Assembly: GCF_006345805.1 (NCBI RefSeq)
Contig: NC_043002.1
Span: 26,102,001 to 26,166,000 of the forward strand
Direction of reading: 5' to 3'
DNA: 64,000 nt
Source of the DNA: Octopus sinensis
Lineage: Eukaryota
Shown: positions 1-10,500 of the stretch, in pieces
Layout: every line of letters begins with the position of its first letter
Numbering within the stretch: the first letter of the stretch is position 1
Position numbers and translations under genes: made by a program
The notes under the pieces: generated by a model
Told to the model about the DNA's origin: nothing
What the model saw: only the letters and a program-made list of their open reading frames with translations
Database searches by the model: none

Positions 1-129
1 CTTTAAGTGCTGCAAAATCCTTTTATAGATTTTTAAAATTTGTTTTGAAGTATTAGTTTTGCATATGAATTTCTAACTTAGGAGCATGATCATAAAAGTT
101 TTGTAGGGGAGGTGTGCAGTCAACTATAT

Positions 130-290
130 CGACTACCGAACATGATTAGTAGTTAGATTATCGTCCCTAGAAGGATAAAAGATGAAAGGCAAAGTTGTAC
201 TTTCCAGGACTCGAAATCAAAACGTATAGAGACACAAATTAATTCTAAAAGGGATTCGTTTCAACGCTTTACTGATTCTACCGCCCTTCA
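130..290 (-). mobile_element. Degenerate copy of SINE type B (family with head ggcggcgagctggcagaa)
   Basis: agatgaaaggcaaagttgtactttccaggactcgaaatcaaaacgta resembles the better copies at 58596-58970 (ggatgtaaggcaaagtcgaccttggcggaatttgaactcagaacgta). Confidence 0.5.
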
Positions 291-1094
291 GTCTCAGAAT
301 TTTGGTTTCTTTTCTTAGAATTGGCACAAGGCAACTGATTATATTTTGATGTGTGTTATGTTTTATGGAAGTCGATTGAATTGATCTCTGTAACATATTT
401 CTACTCGTATCATTCTACGCTCTACTGATTATGACAACCCACTGGCTTCTTTAAGTCTTACCATATAAATGAATTTATAATATCTAGGTTAAGTTTAGGT
501 AAAACCATTTCTCACATTTATCACAATACAAACTGAAAACAACATGCTTTGATCTAAGATATCGGTGTCGATAAGAATACAGTTGAATCAAAATAAAATT
601 CCTAATATACTTTAAAGTGTTATATTTTTGAACTATCATATGTTGGAGTGTTATTGTGGCTAGAGAATATATCAAAGAATCACTTTTCGGAAAATAGCCA
701 TGCTGAGGTTGGTGCAGCCGCTAAAGAAATATTACAAATTCTTTGATCTTGAAGTGTTTCAAAAACCTTGCATATTTTTTGTTTTAAATAATCGGATTAT
801 TATATAGATATCGATTAACAATAGCCAATTAAATTACTGATGTGTTGATGTCTTTATTCTGCATCTCTTTGGCTTATAGCTACCGTCATGAAAAGGATAG
901 TTTCCAATCTTAAGTTTCTTTGGCTTTGATTAACCGCATAATGGAATTCAACAAGAGACGTATGCTTAAGTAGATTACTTCGAAATGGTTTGATCCTACT
1001 CTTTGGGAAGGAGTTTTGTGCTATAGCCTCGGGTTGACCAATAATTCTTCGTAAATAAAAGTTGGTTGGCGGAAACTCTACAGAAGCACACCAC

Positions 1095-1095
<1 letters not shown>

Positions 1096-1163
<68 letters not shown>

Positions 1164-1215
1164 ATATGTATATATGTATGTATGTATATCTGTGTGTGTG
1201 TGTGTGTTTGTGTAT
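1096..1215. repeat. Compound (TA)n/(TATG)n/(TG)n microsatellite
   Basis: Direct reading. Confidence 0.95.
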
Positions 1216-1439
1216 GTATAAATAATATATATGAAATATATCGAACCGTTAAACTATACACATCTCTTTTCTCTCTCTCTTTCTTTTCCTCTCAATCCTT
1301 TATGTCGAAGAGCGTTGGCTCAAAACGTCAAAGACATCTTTTGTTTTCTGTGAATTTCAACAATGAGAGTGAGTTAAGGGAAGCAGTAAATATGTAGGAG
1401 AGAGATAGAGAGATAGATAGATAGAGAGAGAGTTATGAG

Positions 1440-1780
1440 ACGTGATATTGTCTGCAATTCTGTCAATTATCACTCCTCACACTACAACTCTCACTAAGAG
1501 AAAGAGGTCGTAAGCCTGAGGAATAATAGGAGAGTCATTGAATAGTGAGAGAGAGGTAATACGTTTTGTCGGATTCTACCAGACTGGAACGAGACCGGTT
1601 AATTTTCGTGAATCCCTTACAGATGTTGACACTCTTCCGGTACCGACCGTTCCTCATGCTAAGTTTGGTCGAAATCGGTCCAGTGGCTGCAGAGGAGTTT
1701 GGTAACAAAAATTTTGACAGACACACACACGTAAACGTAAATAGCACAATTATACTACAGATATACTTTTTTGACTAATT
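1440..1780 (+). mobile_element. Non-autonomous Helitron/Helentron-like (HINE/DINE-type) relic
   Basis: 3' part aagtttggtcgaaatcggtccagtggctgcagaggagttt...gacagacacacacac resembles the aagttt..aaatcggtccag..(caga)n end motif of invertebrate Helitron-derived MITEs (recalled motif); a similar end occurs at 3635-3720. Confidence 0.4.
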
Positions 1781-1856
1781 CATACTAATTTTAATACATA
1801 GTACATTTTGCTTGTTAAATTTTAAATTTAAGCATATAAATACATCTTATATACAC

Positions 1857-2258
1857 ATAGGTGAAAGAGTAGCTGTGTGGTAAGAAGCTAGCTTCACAAC
1901 TACATGGTTCAGGGTTCAGTCCCATTGCGTGTAAACTTGGGCAAGTGTCTTCTACAATAGCCTCGAGACAACCAAACCCTTGTGAGTGGATTTGGCAGAC
2001 GGAAACTGAAAGATGTCCGTCGTATATATATATATATATATATATTTGTGTGTTTGTGCTTGTCCTCCCACCTCCCACCAGTGGTTGACAACTGTTGGTG
2101 TAATTACGTCCCCGTAACTTAACGGTTCGGCAAAAGATACCGATAGAGTAAGTACTAGGTTTATAAAAAATAAGTCCTGGAGTCGACTTGCTCGACTAAA
2201 GGTGATGCTCCAGTATGGCTTCATTCAAATGACTGAAATAAGTAAAAGAATAAAAGAA
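1857..2258 (+). mobile_element. tRNA-derived SINE type A, full length, with internal (TA)n
   Basis: A-box-like gctgtgtggtaag and B-box ggttcagtccc, then cttgggcaagtgtcttct, central (TA)n, and 3' tail gctccagtatggc..aaatgactgaaataagtaaaagaataaaagaata; homologous to 6838-7235. Confidence 0.85.
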
Positions 2259-2271
2259 TACACACACACAC

Positions 2272-2273
<2 letters not shown>

Positions 2274-2304
<31 letters not shown>

Positions 2305-2425
2305 TGTATGTATGTATGTATGTATGTATGTATGTATGTATGTATGTATGTATGTATGTATGTATGTATGTATGTATGTATGTATGTATGTATGTATGTA
2401 TGTATGTATGTATGTATGTATGTAT
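2274..2425. repeat. (TATG)n microsatellite, about 37 units
   Basis: Direct reading; source of the MYVC/HTYI pseudo-ORFs. Confidence 0.97.
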
Positions 2426-3262
2426 CTATGTGTGTGTATGTATGTATGTGTGTGTCTTTCAGTGCGACATGGTTTCAAAGTTAGCTTTCTTCCGTAAAGA
2501 TATAAACATGTCCTTCATGGTAATATAACTTCAAATATAATTTAGTTGATAATAAAAAAATTGTAATAAATCTTACTTTTGACCGATAAATTCACCAATA
2601 AGTAGCACACAAAATTATTTGCAGAATTAAAAAAAAAAAAAAAAAAACTGAAGAATTCTCTTATGGTGATTTGCTTTTATGAAAATCCCTGAGTTAGTCT
2701 GCAATTTCATGGCAATTACTAGTTACAAGAAGCATTAAAAAATGGAAGTATTCTCAATAGGATGAAAATAAGAATAGATTATTTTACATTTTGAGTATAT
2801 GACCAATTTTATATAACATTGCAATTATGTCTATTCATTATGTCTAATCTGAGTTAATGAATTTTTGATTAAAGGAATTATATACACTCACTCCTAATGC
2901 TTAACCGTTGAAGACATTATTGATTTGAAGCAAGCTTTCCGATTTCAAAGACAGTGATATTAATTATAAAAGTCAATAAATTTGATATTATTACAAAAAT
3001 CACCAATTTAATACAGTCATAGGCACATACATTTACTTGTGTGCGTGAGTGTCAATGAGTGTGTGTCTGTGAGCGCTTGCGTGTGCGTATGTGTGAGTGT
3101 GTGTGCAAGACGGAGCGAGCAGTGGTATCCGCCGTTGCTTGGTGTCAAATAGATACATAAACATTTTGTCGTTAAACTTGAATCACTTACAGCAAGTTAC
3201 AGCAAATTTTTATGTTGTATTCTTTATTTGTAATTAATAATATTCGCATATATATTTACGAG

Positions 3263-3722
3263 CAAAACGCCCTACCGTCCAATGGACGGTGCTGAGTTGT
3301 CAAATATTTAAACCAAATTTTCTCACAATAACTTGTCCGACCATCCCATAGGTCTCCCCTTTGAGAAACACTGATTTAACCTAAATTTGAGACACCAGCA
3401 AAAGAAAAAAATAAAGATAGACTTTTTTTTCAATTCCAAAGGAAAACGATTTTATTCACGCAAATATGCAACCGAAGAGTTTAAAGTACTAGTAAGTACA
3501 TCACAACAGCTGATGTACTTGCGCGTACAAATTCACGTTCCCACGACATTATCGATTGCATTCTCACCTGGAATCGAATTTTGCATTTTTTTCAAGACTT
3601 ATACACGCCCTAATACCGTCAGTATCTAAATATAAAATTTGAGCGTAATCGGATGGAGGATGCCCGAGATCCTAGAACACACACACACACAGACAGACAG
3701 AACGGATTTTATATGAGATATG
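3263..3722 (+). mobile_element. Non-autonomous Helitron/Helentron-like (HINE-type) relic
   Basis: Ends in aaatttgagcgtaatcggatggagg...acacacacacacagacagacagaacggattttatat, the same end architecture as 1440-1780. Confidence 0.4.
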
Positions 3723-3826
3723 GCATACAGGAAAATATCTAAAATTGAATTCGTTCAGTTTTCAATGACATGAGAAGTTTCATTAATGATTCAAATTTAG
3801 TATATCAATAAAATACTACTATGTTT

Positions 3827-3956
3827 TACCTCTATAGTGTCGATGGTTTCAGATTAAACACCGGACCATCTTCAGTAGCGTCGGCACAACTCGCCAGATT
3901 CCGGACAACATCGCCACCCGTATGTATGTCCACACTGTAGAAATCTATGGATGATT
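3827..3956 (-). repeat. Partial copy A of the 340-bp hammerhead-bearing repeat unit
   Basis: Highly similar to 5358-5490 (ctctatagtgtcgatggtttcagatt...tcttcagtag..tcggcacaactcgccagattccggacaacatcgccacc). Confidence 0.9.
3830..3880 (-). ncRNA. Type I hammerhead ribozyme motif, degenerate (copy A)
   Basis: Minus strand: cgcta CTGAAGA tggt..aatct GAAA ccatcgacac TA tagag. Core boxes intact; helices II and III damaged. Confidence 0.5.
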
Positions 3957-4605
3957 TTGCAAAATTCTGAATTAATCTATATTGTCAGGGAAATATGTTT
4001 CACTGGAAAGGACTGAACGATAGACACTTTTACCTGTTTTGTTGTTGGTTATTTCTCATGCAACATGTAAGTTTGGTCCAACGTGAGAGCATGCAAGAAA
4101 CAAGTAAATATGAGAGAAACAAGGACATAGCAAACTCCGGCAACCGTAGCTGAAGGTCAAAATGAGCAACGTTGCTGACACCTAAAAGCGATTGAACTGA
4201 AGGAGAATATCTTAAGGATGAAAGGAATACGTGGAATGATGCATCGTCTCCTTTGGAACAATGTGTTATAAGGATGGTTTCGAGCTTATAGAGCAGAGAA
4301 TTTTCACAACTCATTGTACACTGTCAAAACGTTTTGTACGGTCTTTAAACACCCGTTTAAAACATGATAATGAAGTTGCTTATGATGTTTAAGGTTACAT
4401 TCGTTATGAAGAAGGAGAAGGATGCTGATGACATATACTTTTGAACGCGCGACCAGGCAAATTTCACTGCAAGCGGAGATGATATCAATAAATGAAGAAT
4501 TTTTTGTAATTTATCTTGTATGATATTTCATATATTCTTATTCATCGTTGTTCAAAGACATGCTATCCGTGAATGCCAGATATTTCCCTTAACTCCTTTT
4601 TTCAC

Positions 4606-4609
4606 ATAC

Positions 4610-4640
<31 letters not shown>

Positions 4641-4672
4641 CATACATACATACATACATACATACATACATA
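4606..4672. repeat. (TACA)n microsatellite, tail of the RTE fragment
   Basis: Direct reading. Confidence 0.95.
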
Positions 4673-4977
4673 ATTATGGCTGCCCCTCGTTATCGAGTAT
4701 GACCATTGCACGAAGCTTAACTGTTACTGATGCTGTGATCGAATGTGACTTTTTAGTCCAGCCAAAGATCTACAAAGTATTGTACAGAATTGGCAACTAA
4801 AACCTTTACCGGTAATAGCCGGCTGTAGTTGTAACTGGGCTTCATGTACCTTTGCATATCGTTTAAGTCCTCCTGCTGAATTACACTCTCTTCCACATGC
4901 CTGACAGATATGATTAGTATTGTGTGTAACACCACCACTAGTGGCCAGGTTGTCACTCATCCGTCTCGCTTTATGAC
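4673..4977 (-). mobile_element. RTE-clade LINE 3' end (ORF C-terminus with two C2H2-like motifs, 3' UTR, (TATG)n tail)
   Basis: Translation CQACGRECNSAGGLKRYAKVH...CQFCTILCRSLAGLKSHIRSQH* (stop at 4724-4726) fits the RTE C-terminal CxxC-R-C-S-GL-SH-R-H motif. The 3' UTR aagcttcgtgcaatggtcatactcgataacgaggggcagcc is shared with 48072-48125. (TACA)n lies on both sides. Confidence 0.75.
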
Positions 4978-5360
4978 TACATACATACATACATACATAC
5001 ATACATACATACATACATACATACATACATACATAGACCTAGACCAACACAAACACACACAACATACACACACACATCATTCTATGGAGTGATAATTTCA
5101 AACAGAAGCTAAAGTGCCTGGCCGTTTAAAATAGTTCTCAAAACGAAATCTCAGAATAGAAAATACAATTAATCCATAATCTTTAGTTCAAACAGCCCGC
5201 CCCCTTCACATATATATATATATATATTACTGAGGATGTTAGAACATCTACAATGCTAGGAATAAGAGCTAAAGTGCTCTGATGCTGCAGCCAACAAACG
5301 TACTTGTATACATACATACTGACAACGACCAGAAACAGCCGAAAGGGGCAGTCATGATAC

Positions 5361-5411
5361 CTCTATAGTGTCGATGGTTTCAGATTTAATAACGGAGCCT
5401 CTTCAGTAGGG
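5361..5411 (-). ncRNA. Type I hammerhead ribozyme motif (copy B)
   Basis: Minus strand: cccta CTGAAGA ggct..atct GAAA ccatcgacac TA tagag. Helix I 4 of 5 bp; helices II and III partly mismatched. Confidence 0.55.
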
Positions 5412-5699
5412 TCGGCACAACTCGCCAGATTCCGGACAACATCGCCACCAGTATATATGTCCACACTGTAGAAGTCTATGGATGATGATTTAGCCAATCG
5501 TTAATGTGTATACAAATTATTAAATTATGCATCACCAAAAAGGAAAACTATAATTGTGATTAAATATTACTGAGAATGTTAGAACACTTACAATGCTAGA
5601 AATAAGAGTTAAAGCCCTCTGATGCTGCAGTCAGCGCGCATAATTCTATCATACATACTGACAGCGATCGTAAACGGCTGAAAGTGGTAGTTGTGATAT

Positions 5700-5750
5700 C
5701 CCTATACCGTCGACGGGTTCGACTTTAACAGTAGAGTCTCTTCAGTAGAG
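5700..5750 (-). ncRNA. Type I hammerhead ribozyme motif (copy C, best folded)
   Basis: Minus strand: CTCTA-CTGAAGA-GACT[ctactgttaa]AGTC-GAAC-CCGTCGACGG-TA-TAGGG. Helix I 5 bp (one G-U), helix II 4 bp, palindromic helix III, GUA site; the single core change is A15.1 to C. Confidence 0.7.
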
Positions 5751-5858
5751 TCCGCACAACTCGCCAAACTCCGGACAAGATCGCTGCCAGTATATATGTC
5801 TACAGCTTAGAAATCTATGGATGATTCTGTGATTCGCTAATGTTTATACAAATACTTA

Positions 5859-6283
5859 AGATCTTTTCGGTTTGAACGGCAGTTATTTTAAACAATGTCC
5901 ACGTAATTAAACACTTTTAAAATTCGTATACTGGTAGAATGTGTTTATAAAACATCTTTTTCTCGTGGCTTTATTGAGAAAATTCTATAGTTTGTAAGAT
6001 ATTTGTTGTTTTTTTCTTCAATTTCTGCAATTTCAACGAATCAATGACGTCTATTGAGGTAAAAAACATTCTGTGCCGTATGAATATGTCCCTCGTTTAA
6101 GAAACAGATAGGGTTTATTTACATTTCTGAAGAAAAAAAATATACCCTTCCCCCACCCCTACCCCTAACTAACTCTAACCCTAAAACAGATTGAAATGCA
6201 ATAGATCGGTACTAGGGTCATAATTACGGGTGACAATTTCATATGACACCGCTAGAAAACTGTCTTTCAAACTGAAAAGATCC
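5859..6283. mobile_element. MITE with about 26-bp TIRs and 8-bp TSD AATACTTA (Merlin- or hAT-like)
   Basis: Left end agatcttttcggtttgaacggcagtt; right end aactgtctttcaaactgaaaagatcc (22 of the inner 25 positions match as inverted repeats). AATACTTA occurs at 5851-5858 and 6284-6291, and the host repeat resumes on the far side. Confidence 0.88.
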
Positions 6284-6508
6284 AATACTTAAATTAGGCA
6301 GTGGTTTAGCATTGCATCACCAAAAAGTAAAACTAAGTCACTAAATATGACTGAAGGTATTAGAATGCCACCAATGCTAGAAATAAGAGCTAAAGCTATT
6401 TAATTAGTTGTATACATACGAGCGATTCGCTAAATAATCCATAGATTTCTCTGGTGTAGACATATATACTGGTGGCGATCATGTCCGGAATCTGGCGAGT
6501 TGTGCTAA

Positions 6509-6559
6509 CCTTACTAAAGAGGCTTCGGTGTTAAAGACGAAACTGTTGACGGTAGAGGG
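6509..6559 (+). ncRNA. Type I hammerhead ribozyme motif (inverted copy D)
   Basis: cctta-CTAAAGA-GGCTT[cggtgtta]AAGAC-GAAA-CTGTTGACGG-TA-GAGGG. G5 to A change; GAAA and GUA retained. Confidence 0.55.
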
Positions 6560-6786
6560 ATATCACGACTACCACTTCCAGCCGCTTACGGTCGCTGTCA
6601 GTATGTATGTATACAATTTTGTGAGTTGACTACAGCGTCAGAGTTCTTTAACTATTATTTCTAGCATTATATCCTCAGTCGTATTTAATTACAATTATAG
6701 TTTTCCTTTTTGGCAATGCATTGCTAAACCGCTACTTAATTTAATTACACACACAGAGGTGTATATATATATATATTATATATATA

Positions 6787-6835
<49 letters not shown>

Positions 6836-6837
6836 AC

Positions 6838-7235
6838 TCCTTACTCTTTTACTCTTTTACTTGTTTCAGTCATTTGACTGCGGCCATGCTGGAGCACCGC
6901 CTTTAGTCGAGCAACTCGTCCCCGGGACTTATTCTTTTTGTAAGCCCAGTACTTATTCTATCGGTCTCTTTTTGCCGAACCGCTAAGTGACGGGGACGTA
7001 AACACACCAGCATCGGTTGTCAAGCAATGCTAGGGGAACAAACACAGACACACAAACACACACACATACATATATTTATATACATATATACGACAGGCTT
7101 CTTTCAGTTCCGTCTACCAAATCCACTCACAAGACATTGGTCGGCCCGGGGCTATAGCAGAAGACACTTGCCCAAGATGACACGCAGTGGGACTGAACCC
7201 GCAACCATGTGGCTGGTTAGCAAGCTACTTACCAC
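6838..7235 (-). mobile_element. tRNA-derived SINE type A, full length, well preserved
   Basis: Head with B-box gggttcagtccc, cttgggcaagtgtcttct, central (TA/CA)n, and 3' tail ggcggtgctccagcatggccgcagtcaaatgactgaaacaag(taaaagag)n. Confidence 0.9.
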
Positions 7236-7860
7236 TCCAGCGCACACACACACATATATCTACCCCTTCACACGGGATGGGGGCGGATTACTGCACATCT
7301 ATAAATATTCACTTACAAGGAATTGGCAAAAACAAGGCTATTAGATAAGAGACAAAATTTGCTGAAAATGACACGCAGTATGTTGGGATCGAACACAGGA
7401 CTATATAATTTGTAAGGAAAAAAGAAAAACTTTTAAAACTACACGTCCAAACCTGTTATTTCATACGCAGTACATTACAAAACAGAACACGTTTCTGTTG
7501 CTGATAGCGATTAAAAAATTAAGCTTGTACCATCCCGTTTCCCGTTTTTTCTTATTACTTGCAACATTAAAGTAGAAAAAGAAGGAAAAATCAAAGATAC
7601 AAAAAATAAGAAAAGACACTAGAAATCAAATAAAATGTAATAATATCCTATTGAAATCTAGAATCACGACTTATTTCTTTTTTTTATGTTGAAATAACGT
7701 TTACATTTGCACGCAGAAAACGTATGCGTGAAAAACAAAAATCAAAAAAAGGTTTCCTCGAAGAGGTGGATGCGAATGTGTTGGCATGCATACATACTTA
7801 TTCATACATACATCGATCAGTCGAAGTATCTATCTATACATCCATTGATGCATCTATTCA

Positions 7861-7897
<37 letters not shown>

Positions 7898-7899
7898 TC

Positions 7900-8115
7900 A
7901 TGATGATCGTAAGATTGTGGTTTCGATTCCTGGACCGGGCGACTCGTTGTGTTCTTGAGCGAAACACTTCATTTTACGTTGCTCGAGTCCACTCAGCTGG
8001 CAAAAACGAGTAACGCTGCGATGGACTGGCGTCTCGTCCAGCTGGAAAACACATACGCCATTGAAACCGAGAAACCGGGCCCATGAGCCTGGCTATGCTT
8101 TAAAAGGGCGCATTT
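7900..8115 (+). mobile_element. tRNA-derived SINE type C (V-SINE/MESC-like core), 5'-truncated
   Basis: B-box ggtttcgattcc, then ttgtgttcttgagcgaaacactt and gcgatggactggcgtctcgtccag, recalled as SINE core motifs. Confidence 0.6.
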
Positions 8116-8165
8116 ATTTCACACACACACATACACACATATATACATATATATATATATATCCG

Positions 8166-8365
8166 ACGTAGGAGGGGCTGGTAAAATCCTGACTTTAAAG
8201 GGTATCACAAAAGCCTGGTTGGAGGTCTAACCTTCTAAGTTCTTAAGGACCGCTGCAATAAGTGCGTGAATTTCAAAAAGGAATATGGTGAATAAAATCA
8301 TAACTTACTGATCCACCTGTATTTTCTTTTACCCAGAGTCAGAAAATTTCAGGATCTTATGCACA
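8166..8365. mobile_element. Internally deleted mariner-like relic
   Basis: Imperfect terminal inverted repeats (ggaggggctggtaaaatcctgactttaaagggta and tacccagagtcagaaaatttcagg); the minus strand has a mariner-type subterminal ttttattcaccatattcc...ttattgcagcggtcc. Confidence 0.45.
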
Positions 8366-8583
8366 TACACACACACACACATGTGTGTTTGTATGGGTTA
8401 ATACTTATGCGTGCATACGAACATCCCCATACGAACATTCATATACAGAAACACCTATTATTATTATTATTATTATCATCATCGTCGTCGCCGTCGTAGT
8501 TGTCGTTGTTGTTGTTGTTGTTGGTGTGGTTGTTGACCTTATTATTATTACTGTTACTATCATTATTATTATTATCTTAATTA

Positions 8584-8700
8584 AAGGCGGCTAGCTGGTG
8601 GATTTGTTAGAGTGTCGGGAAACATGCTTTACCGTATTTGTTCCGGCTCTTTATGTTCTGAATTTAAATACCGATGAGGTCAACTCTGACTTTTCCTATT
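8584..8700 (+). mobile_element. SINE type B, 5' fragment
   Basis: ggcggctagctggtggatttgttag...gttctgaatttaaataccgatgaggtcaac, homologous to 58800-58970. Confidence 0.65.
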
Positions 8701-8804
8701 CACAGACAATGAAAAAAAAAAAAGAAACAGTCGTGTAATGCAACAATGATATCGATTAAACCTAAATCAGAAACCCTTTTTTTATTCTCATTACTATTAT
8801 AATA

Positions 8805-8995
8805 AGGTGGCGAGCAGACAGAACGTTAGCACGCCGGCCGATATGCTTAGCAGTTCCGCCAAGGTCGACTTTGCCTTTCAACCTCTCGGGATCGATAAAA
8901 CAAGTACCAGTTGAGTACTGAGGATGATGTAATCAACTATACCCCTCCCCCAAATTTCAGGCCTTGTGCCTATAGTAGAAAGAATTATTATTATA
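8805..8995 (+). mobile_element. SINE type B, internally deleted
   Basis: ggtggcgagcagacagaacgttagcacgccgg...aaggtcgactttgcctttc...cccctcccccaaatttcaggccttgtgcctatagtagaaagaattatt. Confidence 0.8.
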
Positions 8996-9779
8996 AGTTT
9001 CAGCGAGCAGAAGCGTTAGAACATTGACCACGCTGTTGAACTGGGGAAATTTTATGAAGCAGGTGTTGGTAGATTTGCTATGATGTGGGGAATTTGGGGC
9101 CCAGAAACCTCTAAATGCATAAAGCTGTGCATTTTCTTATTCTCAGCGCTTTAAGGGTCTATGCGGGTCCATCAATTCAATTTTCAATGTTTCTTTACCT
9201 GTTGCTTTACCTATATCGTTGCCTATGCATCCAGTTTTTACACAAATAGGGATGGGTGGGGCGATTTTAATCCACGATGCATTTCCTGCTACTTGCTTTC
9301 CGTTCGTACTGACTGAAAATTGGCTTTTCAAGCCAGGGCTTCAAAAGCCAATTTTTATGCGTCCTTTTAATTCTAAATTCTTGTTCTGGGAAAGGCGGGC
9401 AATATCTAGAAGGAAAACAATGTCACCAATGAAAATGCATTAAATATATAAATATGAATTGAAATGTACAATTTATTTTAAAATGCATTAAATGAAAAAT
9501 GTATATATGTATACTAAACGTATTAAAAAATAAAAAGAAAGGACTGAATAATGACATAGCGAACCAAATAGTAGGTTAAACCACAAAGTGATTTGATTAT
9601 AGTGGTGTATGCATGCATATATCCTAAAAGAAAATAGTTATTCTGTGTAACATTCAAATGATTGTTTTATACCTGGTACTCAATTTGTCTTTTTACGTGT
9701 GGACAGGTATTTTTACCCACAGTTTAGATATTAAAACTAATGTATATTATGAAATATACGATAATCTACCATGTGCACG

Positions 9780-9850
9780 AGTTTCATTAACATTGAGATA
9801 GCAAACCTCAAAACATTGGGTGGCCTAATACTTTTGGCCAAGGCTGTATA
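9780..9850. mobile_element. Tc1-like terminal inverted repeat, single end
   Basis: gggtggcctaatacttttggccaaggctgTA reads as a Tc1-type end (TAcag..ggccaaaagtattaggccacc on the minus strand); no partner end found. Confidence 0.45.
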
Positions 9851-9857
9851 TCCGTTA

Positions 9858-10500
9858 ACAACGGAACCAAAAGTGAAAAAATGCGGTCGGCCTAACTTTG
9901 GCACATGCCCCCCACATGTTAGAGGGTACAGAGTTCCACTTTAAACAAGGTGAAATATTTAAGATTAAATCAAATTTCACCTCTGCCTCGGAAAACCTAA
10001 TCTATACCATTACCTGCTTAGGGTGCAGTAATCAATATATTGGCCAAACAGGAATATCACTCCGTCGAAGAACCACTCTTCACAAAGAATAAATCCGCCA
10101 CCCACAATACAGAGAGATACAGGTCAGTGAAAACATAGAAAAGTGTGCTAGGAACCTTAATCCTAATTTCCTAATTTCCCCTTCTACCAATTTTCACAGA
10201 ACACCTCAGTACAGCAAAGAATGAATAAGGAAGCATGAATAAAGAAGCAACTTACATCAATAGGTATCATCCACAACTTAACATGAACACAACATAATAC
10301 AGAACATTACTAACCTTATCAATAATAACCGACATACATTCCATACACCATTCATATTACAGAATTATATCAACCCTAATTGTACCAGGTCCAGAACTAT
10401 TTACCTCCTTCACACATCTTTTTACTCTGGGACTAGTAGAGCCGACACCATTTGGTAATCGGTGCGCATTCAAAACCAGTGAATAACATTAACGATAACG
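9858..10500 (+). mobile_element. Penelope-like element 3' fragment (Cys-rich linker, GIY-YIG endonuclease, pLTR relic)
   Basis: KCGRPNFGTCP...NFTSASENLIYTITCLGCSNQYIGQTGISLRRRTTLHKE*IRHPQY...INRYHPQLN with a stop and frameshifts; a degenerate hammerhead-like segment follows near 10432-10490. Confidence 0.85.

Larger units (their letters stand above)
5226..6742. repeat. Tandem-plus-inverted array of a 340-bp hammerhead-bearing unit (retrozyme-like or Penelope pLTR-like)
   Basis: Unit starts attactgag at 5226 and 5566 (period 340). Copy C is interrupted by a MITE at 5859-6283, a partial unit follows to about 6395, then an inverted copy spans about 6397-6742. Confidence 0.9.

Noticed and set aside
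4420-4460. CTGATGA..GAACGCGCG hammerhead-like string, and a weak GIY-YIG-like reading at about 4050-4150
   Set aside because: There is no helix II pairing, GAAA is incomplete, and the protein similarity is too weak.
5226-6742. Regular repeats as a possible CRISPR array
   Set aside because: Units are 340 bp and homologous along their whole length, with no unique spacers or cas genes, in a eukaryotic context.
10432-10490. Hammerhead relic in the pLTR after the Penelope ORF
   Set aside because: A ccga/tcgg stem is present but both core boxes are broken, so it is not called separately.
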